From positions 416,001 to 480,000 of the forward strand of contig CAVYQE010000002.1 in the NCBI GenBank assembly GCA_963770565.1: 64,000 nucleotides of DNA, read 5' to 3'. Positions within the stretch are counted from its first letter, which is position 1, and every line of letters begins with the position of its first letter. Under the pieces are notes generated by a model that saw only the letters and a program-made list of their open reading frames with translations, did no database searches and was not told where the DNA came from. The position numbers and the translations under genes are program-made. Source of the stretch: an uncultured Actinomycetota bacterium (GTDB taxonomy: Bacteria; Actinomycetota; Actinomycetes; JAFAQI01). Of the stretch, positions 58,737-64,000 are shown piece after piece.

Positions 58737-59927
58737 TCAGTTCACCACGATGCCGGCCGGAGCGACCGAGCCGGGCACGGTCACCGGTGCGCCGGCAAGC
58801 GGGGTGAGGTTGCCGCCATCCACTCGGAAGCCGCTGATCGTCGCGGCACCACCATCGACGACGTACAACTTGTGGCCGCCTGGCGAGAGTCGCAGGTCGA
58901 TCGGACCCTTCTGCGTGGTCGGGTCGAGTGCGGTGCTGCCGATCAGGGTCATCGACCCGTTGGGCGCGATCGAGTAGCGCGAGATGCTCGGTACGGCGGT
59001 GTTGGTCGTGAACAAGAACCTGCCGTCGTGGCTGATCTCGACCCAGCACGGCGCGGTCTGGTTATCAGCGAAGGGGCCGGCGCCGATCGAGGTCAAACTG
59101 CCGTTGCGCGAGACAGCGAAGGCCGAGATCGTGCCGTTGTTCGGTCCGCCGTGCGCGTTCGAGACGAACAGCTGGCTGGGATTGGTGGGTCGGAACTCCG
59201 ATCCGAGCGGGCCGGGGCCCTGCGCGGCGTACGGCGAGCCTGGCGCGGCATAAAGCAGGCCGTTGCGGCCCACGTTGAAGCTGTCGACCAGCGAGGTGGC
59301 GACCCGGGTACCGACCACGGACGTGCCGGTCGAGTTGAACAGCACATCACCGAGCTGCGAGCCGTCGGGCACCGCGACCGTCGACTCGGCGAGGTGACGC
59401 AACATACCCGCGCGGTCGAGCACGAAACCGGTGTAGTTGCCCCCGGAGTAGCCGTTGTTGGGATCGCCGGCGTTGGCGACATAGACCAGCTCGTCACGAC
59501 CCCAAGGGGTGATCGCGATGCTGACCGGCGAGCTGCCGTGCGAGGAGACGGTTCCGCCGACAACGCGATGTGGAACGCCCGACCCACTGAAACGGAGCAC
59601 CGAGATTTGGTCGCTGCCCGCATCGACTGCGAGCAGGAACCGGCCGTCAGGGGTTTCTTGGAGGGCGCCTTGCGATGCCGTCCCCGCGCCAGAGCCGTTG
59701 CCGCCCGTGCTGTACGGCGATCCCGCTTCTGGCGTCAAGGACCCGTCGGCATGCCGGTCGAAACCGCCGATCGTGTTGCCTACCGCGGTGTTGTCGTTCA
59801 CGTAGACATGCCCGACGACCGGTGAGGCGTGAGGTGCGACGGCCTGCGCCGCCACGGCCGGACCAGCCAGACCCAGCGTGACGACACCGCCCAGGATGGC
59901 TGCAAACTTGAAGGATTTCACGGGCAA
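58737..59927 (-). CDS. Secreted lactonase-family 7-bladed beta-propeller protein
   Basis: Signal peptide; repeats TPDGRFLLAVDAGS, SHDGRFLFTTN, SPGGHKLYVVD; AAGGAG RBS. Confidence 0.8.
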   Translation of the reverse strand: MPVKSFKFAAILGGVVTLGLAGPAVAAQAVAPHASPVVGHVYVNDNTAVGNTIGGFDRHADGSLTPEAGSPYSTGGNGSGAGTASQGALQETPDGRFLLAVDAGSDQISVLRFSGSGVPHRVVGGTVSSHGSSPVSIAITPWGRDELVYVANAGDPNNGYSGGNYTGFVLDRAGMLRHLAESTVAVPDGSQLGDVLFNSTGTSVVGTRVATSLVDSFNVGRNGLLYAAPGSPYAAQGPGPLGSEFRPTNPSQLFVSNAHGGPNNGTISAFAVSRNGSLTSIGAGPFADNQTAPCWVEISHDGRFLFTTNTAVPSISRYSIAPNGSMTLIGSTALDPTTQKGPIDLRLSPGGHKLYVVDGGAATISGFRVDGGNLTPLAGAPVTVPGSVAPAGIVVN

Positions 59928-60156
59928 TCTCCTTAGGTTCAGGGGCCGGCCAATCCGCCGGCACTAACCCAGGAGGTACACCCGTGCGAGGCCCCGGACA
60001 GCGACCGTGATCGTCTGTTCAGAACCTCGTAAGAAGCCTTACGAACCGTGGCAGCGGGCTACTCGCCCGGGTTGGTTGTGACGACGACCGAGCCGTGCAA
60101 GGGTTCGCTACGCCCGACAGGCAGGAAACCTGCAACGACCAGGGAGGGAGTCGGCA

Positions 60157-60426
60157 GTGATTGCGATCTACATCACCACCGAGAACATGACGGCGGCGCA
60201 ACATGCCGAAGGACGCAAACGCCTTAAGGGGGCCGGCGCTTCGGAAGATGCCATGAAGCTGCACTCGGTGTTCGGCGAGGAAGGCAAGCTGCAGGTATTC
60301 GACATCTGGGAGAGCCAAGAAGCGTTCGACGCGTTTCTCGGATACCTGGTGCCCATCCTCGAAGACTTGGGCATCAGCTTGAGCTCGCCGCCGACCGTGA
60401 TGCCTGTCGTCGATCTCGTTCAGTAG
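60157..60426 (+). CDS. Small hypothetical protein (dimeric alpha/beta barrel-like)
   Basis: GGGAG RBS; LH...G...VFDIWESQEAFDAF. Confidence 0.65.
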   Translation: MIAIYITTENMTAAQHAEGRKRLKGAGASEDAMKLHSVFGEEGKLQVFDIWESQEAFDAFLGYLVPILEDLGISLSSPPTVMPVVDLVQ

Positions 60427-60567
60427 GCACGGCTCGCGCAACAAAGGCAGGCTCCACGGAGGGGATCGCGCCCGCCACGCTGGCGCCGACGCTCAACGCC
60501 CCCACGGCATGGGCACATCTGCCACCGAACCCACGCGTCAAGGACAGAGGCGGCTTGCGCTGACTTT

Positions 60568-62364
60568 CTACGCTTGCGCGGGAACGCTGTACTTCTTGCT
60601 GTCCTGGAACGGGTCCTTGCTGAATAGGCCTTCGGCGTTGGTGCCCGCGCCCCAGTAGTCGACCCCGCCGGAGGCCGTGACCGCGTAGTAGCCGAGGCCG
60701 CCGACCTTGTCCACTGCATCGGCGACCAGGCTGGCCACCCCGCGCAGGGATCCCTTCCCGTTCGTGCTCACGACGGCGGCTGGCGTCTTGCTGCACGCGG
60801 TGTTGTCGCAGCTGTCTGGCCCGGTGATCTCTCCGTCGCCAAGTTGGGCGCCGGTGTTCTCACCCCAGCAGTCCACTCGGCCGGAGGTGAGCACTGCACA
60901 AAACCCCAGGCCAGTGGTGGCGAGATGGGTCACGCCGCTGAGGTTTCCGGTCCCGCCAGCGCCGGCGACCGGCTCCGGATAATTCTCCGCAGTCACGGGT
61001 AGCGTCTTCAAGCCGAGCTGCCCGACCTGGCCGTCTCCCCAGCAGTCCACCTGACGAGACTTGAGGAGGGCGCAGGCCGTGCCGCTGTCGCCCACGACGT
61101 CCGCGACGCCGCTCAGAAATCCAGTCCCTCCGACACCTTCCACTTGCACGGGAGCGTCGCTCGCCGATGTGCTGGCGCCCGCGCCGAGCGGGCCGAACCC
61201 CCAGCAGTCAACCCCGTCAGAGGTGAGCACCGCGCAGATCACGCCGCCTTCGGCGCTCAACTTGGCGACCCCGCTGAGCGTGCCGGTACCGCCGACACCC
61301 TCGACCTTGACCGGTGTGTCGCTGGAGTCGTCGCTCGTGCCGAGCGGATTCCTGCCCCAGCAGTCCACGGCGGACGAGGTCAGGAGCGCGCACATCCCGT
61401 TGCCGTTGCCGACGACGCTCGCGACTCCGCTGAGCGTGCCGCTTCCGCCGACCCGCTTGACCGCCTCGACCTTGTTACTGAAGGTTGCAGTTGAGCCAGT
61501 GCCGAGTTGGCCATACGAGTTGTTTCCCCAGCAGTCCACCCCACCGGCCTTGAGAACTGCGCAATAGCTGAAGGCGCCGCCGACCACGCTTGCTACTCCG
61601 GTCAGCTTCCCGCTGCCGCCGATGCCTTTGGCCGCCACCGGGTAGGCGGGCTGGATTGGGCTGGCGTTACCGAGATCCCCGTCGCTGTTGTCGCCCCAAC
61701 AGTCGACCGCGTTGGACTTGAGCACGCCACAGAAGCCACCGCCGTCGGTGGCAATGCTCTTCACGCCGGTCAGTACGCCGTGCCCGCCGATAGCTTTGAC
61801 CGGCACCGGCTTGTAGAGGAACTCGCTGGCGACTCCACTGCCGAGGTTGTCAGAGACGTTGTAGCCCCAGCAGTCCACCTTGCCGGAGTTGAACAGTGCA
61901 CATGAATCATTGGAGTTGGTGACAACGGTCTTCACGCCGGTCAAGAAGCCGGAGGTCGTTGTGGCGGTGATCTTCGCCACCCTGCCGTATTTGCCGGTCG
62001 TGGTGTAAGCGAATACCGCGAAGGAGTATTTCGTCGAGCGCGCGAGACCCTTAGCCGTCACGGTGTGCGCAGGCTTGTGAACCTTCGCGACAAGGTGGCC
62101 CTTCTTCGGAGTGGCTGGCGCCTTGGATCCCTTGGCGTAGCGCACGATCGTTCCCGCGAACTTGGCAGACGAAGGATTCTTCCAGGACAGCGACACCGAC
62201 GATGCGGTTCGCTTGGTCACCTTCAGCGACTGCACCGACTCGAGCGATCTCGCGCCCCGGCCGACCAGATGTGTGCTACCCGGCAGCGCGACGGCTGGCG
62301 CGCCAACACCGAGGCAACAGATAACAGCTGTGCCGATCGTGGTGAGCATGCGGCGCCGCGACAT
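60568..62364 (-). CDS. Secreted FN3 + RCC1-repeat beta-propeller protein
   Basis: Signal peptide; VSLSW...GLARSTKYSFAVFA (FN3); about 7 repeats of C(A/G)VL..G.VDCWG.N..GQLG. Confidence 0.85.
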   Translation of the reverse strand: MSRRRMLTTIGTAVICCLGVGAPAVALPGSTHLVGRGARSLESVQSLKVTKRTASSVSLSWKNPSSAKFAGTIVRYAKGSKAPATPKKGHLVAKVHKPAHTVTAKGLARSTKYSFAVFAYTTTGKYGRVAKITATTTSGFLTGVKTVVTNSNDSCALFNSGKVDCWGYNVSDNLGSGVASEFLYKPVPVKAIGGHGVLTGVKSIATDGGGFCGVLKSNAVDCWGDNSDGDLGNASPIQPAYPVAAKGIGGSGKLTGVASVVGGAFSYCAVLKAGGVDCWGNNSYGQLGTGSTATFSNKVEAVKRVGGSGTLSGVASVVGNGNGMCALLTSSAVDCWGRNPLGTSDDSSDTPVKVEGVGGTGTLSGVAKLSAEGGVICAVLTSDGVDCWGFGPLGAGASTSASDAPVQVEGVGGTGFLSGVADVVGDSGTACALLKSRQVDCWGDGQVGQLGLKTLPVTAENYPEPVAGAGGTGNLSGVTHLATTGLGFCAVLTSGRVDCWGENTGAQLGDGEITGPDSCDNTACSKTPAAVVSTNGKGSLRGVASLVADAVDKVGGLGYYAVTASGGVDYWGAGTNAEGLFSKDPFQDSKKYSVPAQA

Positions 62365-62534
62365 CAGGAGTCTCCTCTGGCCAAGGTGATGAGCACCCGA
62401 GTTAAACACCGCCCAGCGGGCGACCGCAGCCGAACGTTGACACATATGGGCTAGAGAGACCCGCAAAGCTATGAATGTCCGGCTCGAACCGCATCGGGTT
62501 GGGCCAAGCCTCCCGGGGACGCACCGTCTCGGAC

Positions 62535-62560
62535 GTCCACGTCCACGTCCACGTCCACGT
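62535..62560 (+). repeat. Short tandem repeat (GTCCAC)x4
   Basis: cgtccacgtccacgtccacgtccacgt in the intergenic region. Confidence 0.7.
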
Positions 62561-62650
62561 CGAACTCGGCTCGTCACGATTCGCGCTCGGCCTGCGCGCT
62601 CATCGTCGATCTGTTGCTTGGCAACGGCGAGTGCCTGGCTAGCAGGACGC

Positions 62651-64000
62651 TCAAGCGCCTCGCACCAGTGGGGCTACCACGGCGTCCTGGCCAGGATCGG
62701 GTACGGCTCGCGGGCCGGGGAGCGGTGGCTGGGGGATGCTCGGTCGCCTGCGAGCGAGTTTGGACGGCCACCAGATCGCATCGCCGATGTCGAGGTTGAT
62801 CGCGGTGACCAGGACCGAGCGGACGACAAGTGTGTCGAGGAGGACGCCGAGCGCGACCGCGAAGCCGATCTCGGTGAAGGTGGTCAACGGAAGCGTTGCC
62901 AGTACGGCGAACGTCCCCGCAAGCACCAGGCCGGCTGAGGTAATCACTCCACCCGTTACGGCCAAGGCGGTCCGTGCCCCGGTCCGGGTTCCGGCCCGAG
63001 CCGATTCCTCGCGTACCCGGGTCATCAGGAAGATGTTGTAGTCGATGCCGAGGGCCACCAAGAAGACGAACACGTAGAGCGGTAACGCGCTCTCGGCTCC
63101 GCCGTACCCGAAGAAATGTTTGAAGATCACGGCGCTGATGCCCAGCGATGCAGCGAACGACAGCACCACGGTGGCAACGAGGATCAGCGGCGCGAGGAGC
63201 GCGCGTAGGAGGACGGCCAGGATGCCGAACACGACGAGCAGGATGATCGGGATTACCAGGTTCCGGTCGTGGTGCGCGGCCCGCTCGATATCGAGGGTGA
63301 TCGCGCTGTTGCCGCCGACTTGTGCATCTGCCGCCGGCACCGCATGGACCGCCGCGCGCACGCGGTCGACGGCTGCATACCCGGCTGAGCTGTCCGGTGC
63401 GGACGTCGTCGTCGCCTGGATGAATGCCTGTCCGGAGCGAACGACTGGCCGAGAGATCATGGTCAGGCCCGGCACCGAAGCGACCGCCGCTCGCACTTGT
63501 GCGCGCTCGGCAGCGTTCGAGATGACGATGATCGGGCTGCCCGCTCCGGCCGGGAAGTGCTGGGCGAGCAATTGCTCACCGATGACCGCAGCGGGCCGGC
63601 TGGTGTAGGACTCGGCGTTGGTCAGCCCGTTCGCGTCGAGGTCCACGAGGCCGATGGCCATGACCGCGAGCGCGAGCGCGGTGAACACCCAGACCCGTCG
63701 CGGACGTCGAGCGATCCGGGCGCCCATCCGCGCCCATCCGCCGGTGGGGGTCGGATCGACCGAGCCGAACGAGGGCCGCTTGGGCCAGAAGATCCAGCGC
63801 CCGAGGATCACGAGAAGTGCGGGCAGCAACGTCACCATCGCCATCAGTGAAACGACAACGCCGATCGCGGCGACCGGCCCGAGATCCTTGGTCGAGTTCG
63901 TTTCGGCGGCGAGCAAGCAGAGCATGCCGATGCTCACCGTGCTCGCACTTGCGACCAGGGCCGGCCCGGCGCGACGCAATGCGATCGCCATGGCGTCATG
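62651..64000 (-). CDS. MMPL/RND family transporter, C-terminal part (start beyond window)
   Basis: ALGIDYNIFLMTRVREE, TGGVITSAG.VLAGTF, GVLLDT.VVRS. Confidence 0.92.
   Translation of the reverse strand, partial: HDAMAIALRRAGPALVASASTVSIGMLCLLAAETNSTKDLGPVAAIGVVVSLMAMVTLLPALLVILGRWIFWPKRPSFGSVDPTPTGGWARMGARIARRPRRVWVFTALALAVMAIGLVDLDANGLTNAESYTSRPAAVIGEQLLAQHFPAGAGSPIIVISNAAERAQVRAAVASVPGLTMISRPVVRSGQAFIQATTTSAPDSSAGYAAVDRVRAAVHAVPAADAQVGGNSAITLDIERAAHHDRNLVIPIILLVVFGILAVLLRALLAPLILVATVVLSFAASLGISAVIFKHFFGYGGAESALPLYVFVFLVALGIDYNIFLMTRVREESARAGTRTGARTALAVTGGVITSAGLVLAGTFAVLATLPLTTFTEIGFAVALGVLLDTLVVRSVLVTAINLDIGDAIWWPSKLARRRPSIPQPPLPGPRAVPDPGQDAVVAPLVRGA

Noticed and set aside
60750-60760. 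ATCCCTTCCCG as the far TIR of element 2
   Set aside because: Only about 10 bp match, it lies inside the RCC1 coding region and is not followed by the TSD
60568-61900. Recurring CCCCAGCAGTCCAC motifs as a CRISPR-like array
   Set aside because: They encode the VDCWG motif of RCC1 protein repeats in one open frame

Overview
High-GC actinobacterial chromosome segment with three parts. (1) 1-35.1 kb is mostly conserved housekeeping: tRNA-Ala(CGC), the sepX/glpR-rimJ-mog-moaC-moeA-galU-5-FTHF cyclo-ligase block, an inserted ECF-sigma/CtaG/SCO/L,D-transpeptidase module, CIRCE-controlled FmdB, mscL, senX3-regX3-phoU-pstSCAB-pit with PHO boxes, glpD-TetR-AGPS and a Ser/Thr kinase. (2) 35110-54935 is a casposon with both ends intact (19,826 bp), inserted at the 3' end of tRNA-Arg(CCT). 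It has perfect 58-bp terminal inverted repeats, a perfect 15-bp target-site duplication (GCACTTCGTGCCGGT), a stand-alone Cas1 with a Zn-finger/HTH tail and no CRISPR array or cas2, a very divergent frameshifted family B DNA polymerase, HNH-like, RHH and NDT-like genes, Fic and NYN cargo, and nested IS110, IS3 and tyrosine-integrase sequences. (3) Directly after the right TSD, a second related element end begins at 54951 in the opposite orientation. It is followed by a VOC gene split by IS630, a two-component system, a lactonase-like protein, an RCC1/FN3 protein and an MMPL transporter. This suggests a tandem, tRNA-anchored casposon array running beyond the window. All family calls are from motif recognition by eye; no database searches were run.
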